A stretch of DNA of 64,000 bases from Lingula anatina. Its lineage: Eukaryota; Animalia; Brachiopoda. Positions 1 to 14,596 of this stretch are shown in pieces (position 1 is the first letter of the stretch; the number at the start of each line of letters is the position of its first letter). The stretch spans positions 7,316,001 through 7,380,000 of the forward strand of contig CM120649.1 of NCBI GenBank assembly GCA_051362555.1. The letters are read 5' to 3'. A program made the translations under genes and the position numbers. Below the pieces are notes generated by a model, which was given only the letters and a program-made list of their open reading frames with translations, searched no databases and was not told the origin of the DNA.

Positions 1-6
1 TGTTTA

Positions 7-254
7 GAACTGGGTTCCCATACTTAGATCGATCCATCTGGATCGACCTAACTCCCTGGGGGTTCACGCTAAATTGCAATCAGCTCAAGAGGCTTAGATG
101 TCTGACACGTCTACCGAATCAGCTAGGGGTAAAGATAATTACCCCCTAACAACTTTAATAGGCGTCACAGACGTTTATGCCGGTTAGTTTGATAGCAATT
201 TAGTGAGACACCCAAGGGAGATAGATCGATCCAAATATCTGTGGGAATGGTCCC
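7..254 (+). mobile_element. PIF/Harbinger (Tourist)-like MITE, copy 1
   Basis: Imperfect long inverted ends (ggatcgacctaactccctgggggttcacgctaaattgcaatca vs the reverse complement of tgatagcaatttagtgagacacccaagggagatagatcgatcc). Homologous to 35851-36065 and 29198-29280. Confidence 0.72.
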
Positions 255-1772
255 TATGACATCTGGATGACTGCCTCGAACGCTCTGCTTCAGACAAGGT
301 CGTATAGTTTTATTCAATTTAGCTCAGTTCATTTATTTCGGGCCAATACAATAGTGGGAAGATGCAATGATAATATGGTGGACATAAAATATAGTACAAT
401 ATTATAACAAGGTGGTCTAATACAATATGGTATAACCAGAAATCATATAAGCTTACTCTGAGAAGCACCTTGTTGCATTTGGTGAGAGTAACATAATAAT
501 ATAGTAACAATTAAACAAATAACCACCATTAAGTACCCATCTCTCCTCAATATATAAGGCGTTCCTTATCTACATGTACCTCGGAAGGACCCGTAGGACT
601 CATAATGCATTTGTTATTATGTCACAGCTTCATAAGATAGGATGTTTTATTTGGCTTACGTGGACTGGGTTGTATTTTAATGTTACGAAATGTGACGAAA
701 TGTGACGAAATACGCCTGTAATTATGCTATTATTCGAAGTGCCAGCCATTGGATAAGTCAGTTACAAAATACCAGGGACACAGACTGATTTTCCTTTGCT
801 ATTCACAGATATTTCCATGGCTAATTGACACCATCACTCTACTATATATAGCCTCTGGTAGAAAGCACAAGTAGTTAACAGCAATCGACTCGTATTAATT
901 TGAATGTACTTGCTGTCTTAACATTAAGAAAATCGACGGCATATCAGGATGAGCCAATCTTTTCAAAGCGTTTCCCGTGCTCATTTAGTTGGGTTTAAGT
1001 TCACAAGGTCACTGCATTAAACCCAAAATATCAGCAAAAGCATTTAGCGTGATACAATCAGCATGTCAAAACACATTGTGCAACTGTTACAACTAACACA
1101 ATGAGATAATATTGCTCCGTACATGCGAACTATTAGTTTCCAGGGTCCTTCTGTTATCCCCCGTTTGCAACTTTGATTACTGAATGACCGTCTGTCTGAG
1201 TTTTTAGTATGACCCACAGCATAGTCACTTGTCTGTATGAAGAGAAGTATGTGTGGCACAGATTGAGAGAAAGTATCTGATAAATTAGCAATGAATTACA
1301 ATTTAAATAACCCGTTTGACATTCCAATAAAAAAAAATAATGATAAGATTAAAAGCGTAATACGCGTTAAAAGGCTCATTCATTAAAACGCTAAATTTGC
1401 GTCCTAATTCTCGAATGTCTCCCGTCACCGAAGCCAAACGCCCCCTCGGTCGCTAACAGACTAAGATAGGGAAGTAGCCGACTAACAAACAAAGTCAAAT
1501 GCAGGCAGGCTGTTTACAAAATTATGAGCACCGGAAGAGTCCGCACGCGCCGACTGTTTAACAGCTGTCCACCAACGCAGTAGCACCGCGTGTCCAGTAA
1601 ATAATGTGGTCAGACGGCCGTCAGCACGGAGCAGCATCGGGCAATATTTATCTATAGTTAGGGAAGTGTTTGCAGATTGCAGTTTCTTTAAAGGACGTCC
1701 GGAAGCACTGTATGGTCCACTTACTGTGGTATGCGAGAACGAAAAAATTCATCAGGCAATTCAGTATGAAAA

Positions 1773-1774
<2 letters not shown>

Positions 1775-1818
<44 letters not shown>
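1775..1818. repeat. (GA)22 microsatellite
   Basis: Read directly from the sequence. Confidence 0.98.
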
Positions 1819-1821
<3 letters not shown>

Positions 1822-1976
1822 ATATGGCGGTGATGAATGTTTGTATTTGGTCAAAAATCAACTTGGATACGGAAGACAGATAGAAACTGTGACAGAAAAA
1901 AGACCCAACCGCTCCACATGCATTACAAACCATTTCTATAACGACATTGCCCCCCTCCCCTCATTTTTCTGACGAT

Positions 1977-1978
<2 letters not shown>

Positions 1979-2019
<41 letters not shown>

Positions 2020-2030
2020 CGTGCGTATGT
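1979..2030. repeat. (GT)n/(GTGC)n microsatellite
   Basis: Read directly from the sequence. Confidence 0.97.
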
Positions 2031-3247
2031 GTTCGGGGAGGGGGTGGAGGTGGCGTGTATGATTACAAGGTGATATATACATTATATTATGATATATATG
2101 AGATTAGGAAACATTTTGGAAGGGATATCCTACCGAGGGTTAAAATGTACCTCACTAACACCACCTGTGCCACTGTGTAGAATCAAATGTGACATCATTT
2201 AAAGTGAGGAATATCCTGATCTGATTTCTATTTGTCGCATGAAGAGTAAAATAATTTGCCGTTAGGCAATACTTTAAGACCATTTTCGAGATGATAACTA
2301 CTGACGCACATTTAAAAATGTTGATACGGCCAATTGAACGTGTCGATCTCATTTTAATACATAAATTACAGTTCATATCTGTAGTAACAGTCCCATAGCG
2401 CTCTCAGCCAAATAGCACAACTTAATTGCATCACAAAGAAACGCAAATTACTTACAAAGTCGTAAATATTTCATATCAGGATGGGTCCTCGGGATATTTG
2501 TGGAATGAAAATGTATGGGGACGTGGGGATTTGTACAGCAAAACTTATGGACTTTGCACAGGCGTATTTGATAATTTAAACGAAGACAAAAAAGTCATTC
2601 CTTGTACGACAGAAACGCTTTCCTGTGTCTGTTTTCTTTCGATGACACCCCCGCTTAGGGATATATAGGCCTACTACCAGTAGAATGCATGTTACGCAAT
2701 GGAATTTCATTGTAATAAACGAAAAAACATAAAATACTTGTAAATATTTGATAACAGTATTACCATCTGCAAGCTGTTTATAGTTACAATGAGCGGGGAC
2801 TTGTCAGTTTGCTGATTAAGTGAAGCATGTTAGTAAATAGCGCGTCTGTATATAGACAGAGCATCATAAAGCATTTGCGACAAACTTAAATGTCGCCGGG
2901 TTGTGACATTTGTATTGTTATTTTGTCGGTAACTCTGGGCAAGTGTAGTCTACATAACCGATACAACTGAAGGATGTGTCACTGCTATGTAGGAACAAGT
3001 AATTGTTTTTGTGACGGTATCTGGGTGTCATTTGCATCGTATTGAAACATCTCGGGGGGAATTGGCGTTGCCATGCGGGCTTTAGTTTTATTTTGCTCAC
3101 AACATTGCCTATTAGTGAGAGTATGAATTATTTCAGCATTGTCCTATTCTAATATGCTGCACACTTTTTGGAAAGCAGAATAAAGGTTTTGAGTCATTAA
3201 GTTTTCATCTCAATTTTTTCATCTAGATTTATCGTAGATCATTATTT

Positions 3248-3250
<3 letters not shown>

Positions 3251-3285
<35 letters not shown>
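3251..3285. repeat. (TC)n microsatellite
   Basis: Read directly from the sequence. Confidence 0.97.
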
Positions 3286-3289
<4 letters not shown>

Positions 3290-3593
3290 CTAGGTGTAAA
3301 CTTTATTGCTATTTACTGTCCCGCTTGAATGCTTCATCTCCTACCTAACCTGCCGACTAACACGTTTATTTAGACGTAATGCTTTCTTAACTTTTGACGT
3401 CAACTGTCCAGTCCAATGGTCAGCTGTAAGGTTCAATGGTTAACCGCATACTCCAGTGGTCAGAAGGAACGTCAACAACCAAATTGTAAATAAATAAATA
3501 GATAGCTAGATAGATACATGGACATAAAGGGTAATGGAAGTATGTAGGTATGAATATAGGTCAAATGAAAAGAGGAATAACACAAAACACATG

Positions 3594-3636
<43 letters not shown>

Positions 3637-3638
3637 AT
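3594..3638. repeat. (TAAA)n microsatellite
   Basis: Read directly from the sequence. Confidence 0.97.
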
Positions 3639-6600
3639 CGTAACATATCAACTGCTCTGACGAAATTTCATTAATGATTTTCAAGAATATTGTTTAAAAA
3701 TCGTTACATCCCTTCACTGTTTTAACATGTGCGTGTGTGTCTTCCCTGTACAGCTTATATATTAGTCAAGGTTATAGTCAAGGATATAAATGACAACACA
3801 AAATGACCGTTTTCACGTTCGGTGGCGATTAGCAGTGGTCTTCGATGTTTTACAGAATGCGATTCAATTCTCCAAAACAATTATATGAGGTATGGCATGT
3901 CTTTATCGATTGATACATTTGCGTCTATTTTGTACGTGCATTGCTAATACTGTATATCACTTTATGATGAGAAAACACCCATCTACGGGTACTCATAGAT
4001 GGACATGTACATGTACCTGTAGTCTGCCGTCAGCCATGACTACAAATACTTGCTTCAGTTGTAACTTTTTAAGATCATGTTTGTTTTAACATCATGTTTT
4101 AACTGTCGCCATTTCTGATCAATAGACTTTATACAACAAACATTCAATCCGTTCTGTATAAGGTCTATTACCCTCATAAGGCAATAGCATTTGACTTTGC
4201 GTTTTCAAATACTTGAACTTTTCATTGAGAAAAACAGATTTCCGCGTCTCTTAGCATGTACATTCCTTATGTCACATTATATATTTACCACACCGGCCTA
4301 TCAATTCAACTCCCATTAGTTTCTAATGACTTAAAAGCCTTGTTTGTTGCGTGCCTTTTTTCTCTCAACAAAACAAAATTCCGTTCACCTGTAACAGCGT
4401 GTGCATCGCATATCGATTTTATCCTTTTTTTCTCCACATGTTTATACATTCAAAGGTTGAATTTAAACCGTCTACGCTTTTATGTAGATCAACTAAAGAT
4501 AAGGGTTATTCACCGTCTGAGGTATATAGAATCTACCTTTAAAGGAAAAGACCAAGAGACACAAAGTAGGTTGCTTTTCGAAACGTGTTCGAAAATGTGA
4601 CTGTTTTATAACTGACTACCGGTTCCCAACACTCTGTATATACATGTACGAGCCGAATTAGGGTTTGTGTGGGTGCTTGGCAGGGGGGGGGGGGGGGGGG
4701 AGAGGGAGGGGGTGTCAGGAGATTCAATTGCAATCTATCCAGTAAATTAATAATAACAATTATGAATCATTTGTTCGTGATCTGGTCTTGGCTCATGTCT
4801 CGTCACACTGGACTGTAGAACCGATGTGACAGGAATAGTTTGTACAGGTGACATTCGTCTCATATACTACATGTAACCCCGATACTCCAACTAACCCTAA
4901 CCTGTACTAATCATATGGGAGCCAGGACTTCCATTCCTTGGCCTACCATTCCTGTCACACCGGCTTGAAAAAACGAATACGCTGAAAAAGTATATTTCGA
5001 AAACCACTTGTATGAAGCTTGCCTGAAGTTTATAGCTGTATAAAGCTTTTACAGCAGATGAAACACCATGGGTACCATTTCTAATACATAACTCTGTATA
5101 CATTGTAACGTTCTGAATGGATGAACTATTAGCTTATATGTACAAAATGTGACGTAAATGACTCCCGACAAGTCTACGTTGAATATGGAGTCACGTTTCA
5201 TATATATTACATTCTATGTGTAAGTAAGTGTGTGAGTCCCTGTGTTTGTAAATTTCTGTGCCTGATTCTCTGCCCGTCTGCATGCCTTTCTATCCGTATG
5301 CCTTTCTATCTGTTTGCGGAACATTTGTATCTTTTTGTCTAATTGGATTCGCTGTTAATGTCACTGTCAAGGATTTGTAGGTACATGTTAAATGATTGCG
5401 AATGTTTAGTACAGATCTCCACATAATGGACCCAGCGCTCCGAATGACACGAAAAAAGGAGCCTCGAAAATGGTTCAGTGAGCACCGAGAATGTGGAAGA
5501 TTAGCTAAAAGTCAATTACAAAATGTGTTTTTCTGTGACGGCATACGCTGACAGCAGGTGCGACAATGAAGTGTCGGGTATATCGCCCGTCACGCTGCAA
5601 TACCTGTATAGAAGGCAGAGGAGTGTGAAATTGATTGAGGTTATGTGAAACCCTGCTGTCACACTACGCCAGCTCTCGCGGTTCACTCCGTTAAGTACAT
5701 GTATTAGGGGATAGGGAGTGTTGGGGGAATGGGGGGGGGGGGGGGGTTGCTCGATGAGCTGAAGAAGTAACTGACCCGTGCCTGTTGACAATACCTTTCA
5801 TGAAGAGTTTTTATGATACTTTAAAAATTTTTGGTATATTTCATTCAGAAATTGTTCTATCTCTTCGTTCATATTTATTTATCTGTCTTCTGATACACCG
5901 TATGTTAAGGCATCATAAATCCTCCTCAGTATTAGCAAGAATTAGGTTTAATAAAGAAGAAGAGAAAAAACATGTCCCAGACAAAAATCATTTACCCTCT
6001 CCCTATTCTTTCCCCCGCCTTATTGCAAAGTACAACATCTCTAATCATAAAACTTGCCAACTTCAACCCTAAGTGCAGGCGTGCTTGTACCCTGTATATT
6101 TGAGCACCCAACCCCAACCTCGCCTCACCCCCGCCGTTCAGCATATAACTACAGAAATGAGTGAAGTTATGCGGAAACACGGCAAGATTCGAGGCCTTTA
6201 ACTTGTTGACCAGCGGTCACTTTGTTGCCTATGTGACCAGCATCATGGTCACATGAACAGGCATGTGGAACTATTTAACCCTGGATTTAAGATCCGATAA
6301 AGATGTTCACCTATCCAGTAAAATATAAGGCAAAAAAAACGATCCTTTGATGTATTTGTCGATTTATTTCTGCTGCATTTGTAGTCGAATATTTTGTTTA
6401 TATCTCTATCTCGAGCGAAAAATCGTGCAGGGCAAGGGAAAAGAATGTACATTAATACCCTGCAAGTGTACACTATATGTGTGTGTGTGTTTGTTGGGCT
6501 TGTGGGCTAGTGGCAGTGTTTGTGCATAGATATACGAATTGGTATTTTTCTGTAAAGGAGGGTTTCAATCACACAGATTTTTTTTTATTTTATCGTCTTA

Positions 6601-8151
6601 ATTCTACAGGTATAAGCCTCCGCTTCTTGCAATTTCTATCACGGACACACATCTGCGTAAATGTCATGTTTAATTTACATTACACAATTTCAGGGAATCA
6701 TACATCTTGTCTAGGAATAATTACCTTGGCAACACAGATAACATGTTCTAGTCCAATTCCCACGGTGTCATCCAAAAAGTGTATTTAATTGTTAACGCAA
6801 TGACATAAATCACATTAAGCAAGGCATGCAAAGATGCTCAGACTAATCGCATAACATTTTGGCACAAACATCACAAGGATGGGTTCGAATATCGTTGGTC
6901 AATGGCTTTGCAGTACCTGATGGTATTGAAAGCAGAATTGCCATGCAAAGAGATTTAAAGATATTTATTTTATTTAAACATCCCGGTTCGCCAAAGAAAT
7001 AGATTCTTTTAAATTAAAGTGTTTGTTTTTTCGTTTTATCTTCTTCCTGAATGCCAATCTTGATTATACAATTTAATAAATGATTTCAGGTTGCAATTCC
7101 TGGAAATTTCAATTGATCTGATCTAATAGAATTAAAGAACCGTGCCAGCGTCCCGGTCCTGATTAAGAAAAAAACCTAAAACCAACTGCCCAGATCAAAA
7201 CAATGTAGAACATCTTGAGATGACCAATTACCTATTGGGAGCACTCCCTTTCTAGATAGATGTATTTGATAAGGTGTCGTGAGCCAAGCATTACAGAAAG
7301 CGTGCACCTCCGATAGTTTTTATGGATGTCGGGAAAAAACAAGGGATTAGTAATGACATTACAAGTATCCAGCCTTAGGAATCTCCCCCAATAAGCTGTA
7401 TCAATGCAGTATCAACGGAGAAAACAGATAGCACATGTAATAACACGTGGTTTGTGTTGCCGCGAAATCTCGGCGATCGCGAGAGCGCGTGCTGCGCAAT
7501 GGGTTGCCCCTTTTTCGATAACGAGGACCAGGCATCTCGGAGTATTTTAAGCAATTTTGAAGGAAGTAAAATAGTCCTACCCATTTTTGTAAATTTTGCA
7601 AAATTGAAATAAATTTAAAAGGCCATCGAGGAAATTTTGGTATGTGAACTTCAATTTCTGTTTGATACGTTTGTTCAATTTCACGATTATTGTATGTTTC
7701 CATTTCCTCTTTTCTACTTATACTGCAAAGCAAAACCCATATACCTCTAAAGGAAATGTTGTATCACTAGATCATTTACATTTACCGGTATCTCTGCAGA
7801 CTTTTGAAATAAAAAGCATTATTTAGATGAAGGTGTCATAAGTCCTTCGTGCGAAACATTTTCCCCCAGTATACAGCACAATGAAACTTGTTTTAACTGA
7901 ACAGTTATAGTTTTTCTACTCATTTCACAGTTTCTGGAAAGACAGAACTTGAACACGAACCATTTATTAGATTATATTGGGAAATCATTTCGGAATTAAG
8001 ATGCTCCGTATATGAAGCTTTATAGTTGACAACTACATTTACCCCGTGCCACACGCTTTCTTACTCTTTCTTAACTCATCCTATTAACCAACAATAAAAT
8101 TGTCCTTTGAAAGTACTTGTAAAAATGGACGCTGCCTTACCGACCTGACTC

Positions 8152-8182
<31 letters not shown>

Positions 8183-9575
8183 AATGTAAGTTACAATACA
8201 TAAAGTATTTGTTATATGGGATTTAATAGGACATATTAGTTATCTTGTTATTCTCAACAGAGCAAAATCTGCAAATCTGAAGAGAATGTGTCGCATAAAT
8301 GCAGGTGTGGATCTTGTGATGCTATTCGCAGACGGGCGCTTGCTTAATTTGTCACGACCAATCAAACGAAAATAAAGAGCACAGTGATGCTTCTTTTACA
8401 CTACAAGAACAGCGTTGTATTCTTTGAGCAGAAAAAATCAGTGGCCACTTAAAAATAGGAATCGGTACCGCTGGTTTTATTTTGCTCTACAAGCCAAACA
8501 GGTTCAGCTGACAACGCGACAAGTTGAACACTCCGATGAAGCTAAACTTAGTAAAGATCACAGCGGGCGTAGCTCCCCAACTGCAGGTGGCGCATTCCAC
8601 CGGCATCAGAACTCGCTGAGTAAACGGTGCAGTATCCCGTTCGACACACCTGAGGCTAAAAGACGCGGTTGTTTTTACTACCACTGCTGCCAGTCACCCC
8701 AGCACTGTTATGTTTTGTTAATCAGACACGATTTCCAAACGACTGTAGGGCATTAGTTTCACCTAAATGCCACACCGCCCTGAACGTCAGTGTAGAGAGA
8801 CGTTTTTTTTAAAGACGTTCGTGTTATTTTCCGTCCAAAAATATCTTGTTTATCCCGTCATCCCAGTGCAAAACTATCGCCATTTTTTCAACCACTGAAA
8901 CAACGTAAACAGTTACCTAAAAATAACCGGAAACCAAATAATAAACGAACCGGAACCACTCATAAATATTCCATGTCAAGGCTCTCAGACAGCAATAAAC
9001 AATATGACTGGTCTAGGCAGAAGTAGCACCTATTTTCCAGTTTAGGAAAGGAATATACCAATGATATAGTGCAGATGGCTACAGGCATTTGGTGCTGACT
9101 TCATATATTCACACGATTAAGTGCACCTGGGTGGATTGACGTACAGTATGTGTCCTTTAAATGATTTGAAAATGGACACCATCATTCTTACTTGGAAAAT
9201 TCTGTTAAGTTTTACAGTTGTTCAAATTTGGTCGTCTTATGATGCCATATAAACCTGAATCGGTGTAGGTATATTCGTGTGCCTGTAATTGTTTAATAAA
9301 ATCGTTGACCTATTTGTAATTATATATAATTGAACGCACCATTCTGAACATGATAGTTATGAGTAATTGTCTGGGGACACGTAATAACATGTGATCGCAC
9401 CTGTCGTTACGCACTTAAAACAGGAAAAAAAAACTAATAACAAACAGCAAGAGGAAGGTGCACCGATTGTAAGATAAATGTTATCAAATGCAGAGCCAGT
9501 GAATCATGACCAGGCTGCCTTGTCTTCGACCGATACCATCAAAAAACAAACAGACACAACAACAAAAGTACTATT

Positions 9576-9890
9576 CCCATCCTCACGATTTAATTAATGT
9601 TGTTGTTCAATAAAATACCACCAAAGAACCAACAAAAACGCCAAACAGAAGGAGCGGACCCATCCTTAAAATTTAATTGCCTGTGTCATTTAATGAGAAG
9701 CTGACAAAATGGGAACATAGTTGTCAAACAAAGATGCGGTTTCCTTCCTCGTGCTCAAATTGATGTTTTTCTTTCAAGAAATGTCACCAAAATACGACAA
9801 CACCCCCGTCTCCGGATCACTACTGAGCCCATCGTTAAAATGTAACAGGTGTCTTCTGAATAAAAAGTCAACAAAACTCGATACGCTTGC
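9576..9890. repeat. Decayed ~84-bp tandem repeat, 4 units
   Basis: Units start at 9576, 9659, 9742 and 9828 (CCCATCnTnAnnATnTAA head). Unit 1 vs unit 3 match at about 34/50 positions without gaps. Confidence 0.55.
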
Positions 9891-12800
9891 TTTCTTTGAA
9901 AACGAGAAGACAAATTAATAAGGCAATGTGAGATGTTGTACAATCCCCCGCCGAATTTGTTTTTAATTTTCGTGTTTGACATAGTTTAGAATTATTCCTC
10001 GAACACACAATTCATACTGCCAATCATCCTGCCCCCCAACACGCAAATTGTAAATTCGATCTCTAGTAATGTTTCTTTGTTAAAAATGTGGTAAAACATG
10101 TAATCTTGACTTACTTTCTGTTATACTATTATACCGGCATTTTATTTTAAGAACGCACTCGACGATTGAAAAAATGTAATCAGAGAAATATATCGTAATA
10201 ACGTAATCACGTACTTGTCCCTGCATTATTTTTCTGCAGTGCGCATCCTTTTCTGTCTTTTTTTTCTTTTTTTTTATTTGATGCTATATGCACGAATGCG
10301 GTTCAATGCAGCGGCATTGAAACATTGCAAACAAGCAGTGTTAATTTTGTTTCTCCTAGCGTGCACTTATCCCCTGCTATAAAATTTCTGAACGTGTGCA
10401 AACAACATTAAAAAGCCTAGGAAGGTTAAATCAACGTAATTAATGCTAGTCGTAATGAGTCAACACATATTAACTGTATTACGTCTTGCCTTGTTAGCCA
10501 CCAAATGATGGTGGTTTCAAATTTTTCTCAGTTGGAAAAACAATCAACAGGCGCCGTGTGTTTCTGTATACTCGGGGCGAATCAACTTTTGAGGAATTTT
10601 GCCCACTGATTGAGCTGTTTTTTACGTCTTCAAGTTGACTTGCTGCGGAATCGAATTAGCAACACAAACAATCTCAAGGTCAAAGAAATTAGCACAACGT
10701 GTTCGGCAAATCTGAAAAAGTTATTTCAATTATTGTAGCCTTTGAACTATAGTCAATTCACATTAATGAAAATGTGGTAAATCGACTTGTAAGATTAGAA
10801 GTATCGCGCTTTCAGTTTTTCGGAAAATATAAAACAGCAATGGGCGTTATTTGGTTATTAGAATGACGGTAAAAACGCACAATTTTTTTTTGTTTCAAGA
10901 CCTCAGATGAACATTGATTACGAAAAACGTCATGGTTGATTGATGCCTTGAGTGTTCCATGTGCTGAAGTGTTATTTTTGGTCTATATCCACTGGCTACA
11001 GTTCAAAATCCAAGTTAAAACTGATGAATTTACTAGTAAATGATGCACAATGATGCATTTGTTAAATAACCATGGATAAGAGTTTTTTTTGTACAACATG
11101 ATATCAATTGAACTTACATACTCCATTGACCCCCCTGTATATCTACTAGATTTCCTAATGGAAAAACCCTGTTATCAATACAAAACAAATCAGATAATAC
11201 ATGCTAAAGCAAATCAACTGCAGTTTTTTAAAGCAATATCGGAGGAAGTCTCGGAAGATCTTGAGGGGAGTATGATCAAACATTATACACCCTTATCCTA
11301 ACATCCTCACCCCTCCCATTCTATCCAACCCAAAACCCAGGATTCCCCAAATCGCTCATACGGTTATTTTGACTAACGGAGTAGAAAAATGTAATAACGA
11401 CGGTTCTCTTTTGCCTGTAATATGCTGAACTTTCGAGGAGGTTGGTAGAGGCAATCTCATTTTTATCGTAAATCAAAAGAGCGCACGCCGCGTGCCTGCC
11501 GTTATAAATTGCGAACACAGCGGTAGACGGAACAGGAAGCAATGATACGACCATAACATTTTTGCAATTAAACACCGCCTAGCAAGACAGTAATTTCTGA
11601 AGCGTAAAAAAGTGATATTCATCACCAAACAGCGATAAAAGAAATTATTCAACAGTTTGTCAACGTTATGGCATAATATTTATGGGCGCGGATGTAGGAT
11701 CGGCGCTTGATTGAAACAATACGCATCGCGGTTTCGTCCCCGTCGTAACAACCGCGGGGACGCATTGCGTTGGTGTGAGAAAAACACGCGATTACAGCGG
11801 GTAAGGAAACCGGAATCACGTAAATAAGATCTTGGCAATATATATTTTTTTCTTTTTTTATAATGATCTTTGTAAGAACAACATTTATGTTGGTTTATTT
11901 TTTGTTTTTCACGGAGTAACAGGTGCAAATATGTGTTTTTATCTGTAAATAATCGAAGTGATGCACGACACCAATGCTTTGCAAACTGCCCAAGTTTTGT
12001 CTGTAAAAACAGGTAGTGATGCAGTTGCAATTTCAATGAATAAAATAGTAGAAAGATATAGCCTTGAGAACGTTTGTCATCCCGTGCACAAATATCTCAC
12101 GCCTACAGAATTAAGTGATGCTACTTTGCCACAGTCAAACAGCAGGCTGTGCTATTGTACATGCAGTGCACCCAATGCAAGATTAGTGTGAATAATATTC
12201 ACAAATAGTATCTATGTAATAAAATGTAAAGACAGCTTACAATATGATTCTTATTAAGCCGTTATAATTTACTAAATTGCTCATACACGGTACCTGTAGC
12301 ACTTAATCGTTGGAAAATATCCACGTGCCACGTGTTCGCATGATGTTAATTTCATCACATTTTTGCTGTATGTATACAATGGATCCATCTTTCATTGCAA
12401 CATGTTGCAATTTCATTTATTGGACTTTGGTCAAATCCACCTACCACAAACTTAAAAGGAGAACTAGAAAGATTAAAACAGAAACTGCATCTCGCTCCGA
12501 GTCTTTGACGACAGAAAAGGTAAGCGTTCAAATCATTGTTGCTTAAAGAGACAATTTGTTTTATTTAAGCAAGAACCCTCAAGTGCGATGTTTCGGTTCT
12601 ATACCGTGTACTATCTATATATACATCGACATTTCAACTTACAAACCCTAAAAACCGTATACAATGTTGTTTTACGATCACATTTCCAAAAATGGCTTAA
12701 GCCAAACAAACTGCAACACACAATCCATGCATTTTATTCTCTCATAAAAATTAAGTTGTCCAATTAGCCTTGTCTAGGAAGTGCAGTCCCCAAACAACAG

Positions 12801-14547
12801 GCGTTTGACAAGGCTGTATAAATTTGAAAGAAAATTCGTTAATTTTTATATAACAAAAAGTAACGATATGTCTCTTTATTGTAGCACATTAAACCCTTGT
12901 AAAGGATTTAACGCTTGCACTAAGTAGCCCAAACGTAACCATAGATATGCCTCTAAATAAGCATTGTCTGGGGGGAGGCAATGGATTCTGTCCGTCACCA
13001 GAACAATTTGGTTTCACATTTAACTCTTTGGTTGAGACGCCACATTGAATAAGATAACATCTGAGAGATTGGCTCTGTTTGAATGAAAGGTCTTAATCTA
13101 TCAATATAGAATACAGGACGACGTCGTTCCAGAGGTCAATTTCAGAACCCCCGAGTTTGAATATCTGAAAGCCAATTTGAACCGTGCATATATACACGTA
13201 TATCTTGTTATACCACAGATATAGCAACATATGCAATCTGGACTAGTGAGCATATACTCTGATGGTGGAAGTTAGTGTGTGTTCACACTATATAAATTTT
13301 AAGAAAAAAATTTCGATTCCAGAGATGCAGGGCCTGTTGCCAATAATTGTCATTGCGGCATTTGACTTAACAAGTGCACTAAAATACGTATTAGGTTTCG
13401 GTAGGTGCCTTGATACTTTCACCAACAATAGTGGTTATCATCCGCTGCTTTCAACATTGTTATTTGTGAGCCGTTGATTGCACAGAGCACTTTGTCCAAT
13501 TAGGCACCATTGGCCCTCGGTAAGCGGGTATCGCCTTCGGTATCCTGGAAAAGGTAACCGATGAAGAGCTGGCATACGGAAGACTGAAACCATGAGAAGT
13601 ATTGAGCTCATGCAACCAAAATTCCGATTTGACACCAACAGACCTACAGCAAGGCAATTTTGCTCAGAGACTGAACCAGAAAACGACAGCAAAGTGACTG
13701 TGGTGGTCTCATTAAGAAAGCGTTTTCCCCTTTTTTCATCACATGAGTATTCTTGTAGGTTAAGGGACAGAATTAACAGGAAAAAATGAAAAGAAAACTT
13801 TTTTTTCGCCAATTAGACTTGAGTTAAGCTGTCAAAACCTGGGTTGACACCAATGAGCCTATGGAGAGATAAAATCCTCCTGAGGATGTACCTAGAGAAC
13901 AAATACAAGAAATAAAAATATTTTTAGAAATAGTCAGGTGGTTGTTATGGAAGCAGTTGTTTTAGTCAATGGCTAATGGCTGTTCGGGGAAAAATAAAGA
14001 AAAAATTATTTACGAATCAAAGAAATCTTTGCGCGTGTCATTAGTACCCCACGGGGACAAGTACATAAAGCACGAGTTGTTTTTCTCAATTCAAAGATTT
14101 ACTGCCTGCATTCTAAAAGCGTTTCCGTGTTATGAAATAACGCAAATTGCATAAACTACAAACTTTCCCAAAACCTTTTCATGGACACAAAACATAGTAC
14201 CTAAATTTAAAAGAATTCCAAATACACAAAGTTGAACTCAGTTCAACTGTTGGGAATCTTCAAGCAAAGGGGAGACGGAATTTCCAGTAGGTGCATTGAA
14301 AGGGTCGTAACGAGTACATTGAAAATAATCAGTGAAGTAAATCACCTAGATATTGATCTATTAATACACGCGTTTATTGCAGCGTGACTGGCATTCACAA
14401 GGAGGCCCTTTGATATTTGTATATTAATACTTTTTTAAATAAACACGTACCTCATTTTAAGAGAGAGAAGGTATAGGAGGAAGATATTCCTTTTTTTACT
14501 TAAACACATGTTATGTGATGTGATGCATAAAATGAGTGTAGACTAGG

Positions 14548-14548
<1 letters not shown>

Positions 14549-14594
<46 letters not shown>
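14549..14594. repeat. (TAT)n microsatellite
   Basis: Read directly from the sequence. Confidence 0.97.

Positions 14595-14596
<2 letters not shown>

Noticed and set aside
12460-12525. Isolated strong splice signals (donor AAG|GTAAGC here; similar candidates at ~13520, ~15520 and ~26489)
   Set aside because: They cannot be chained into a coherent reading frame. A lncRNA cannot be excluded without RNA data.
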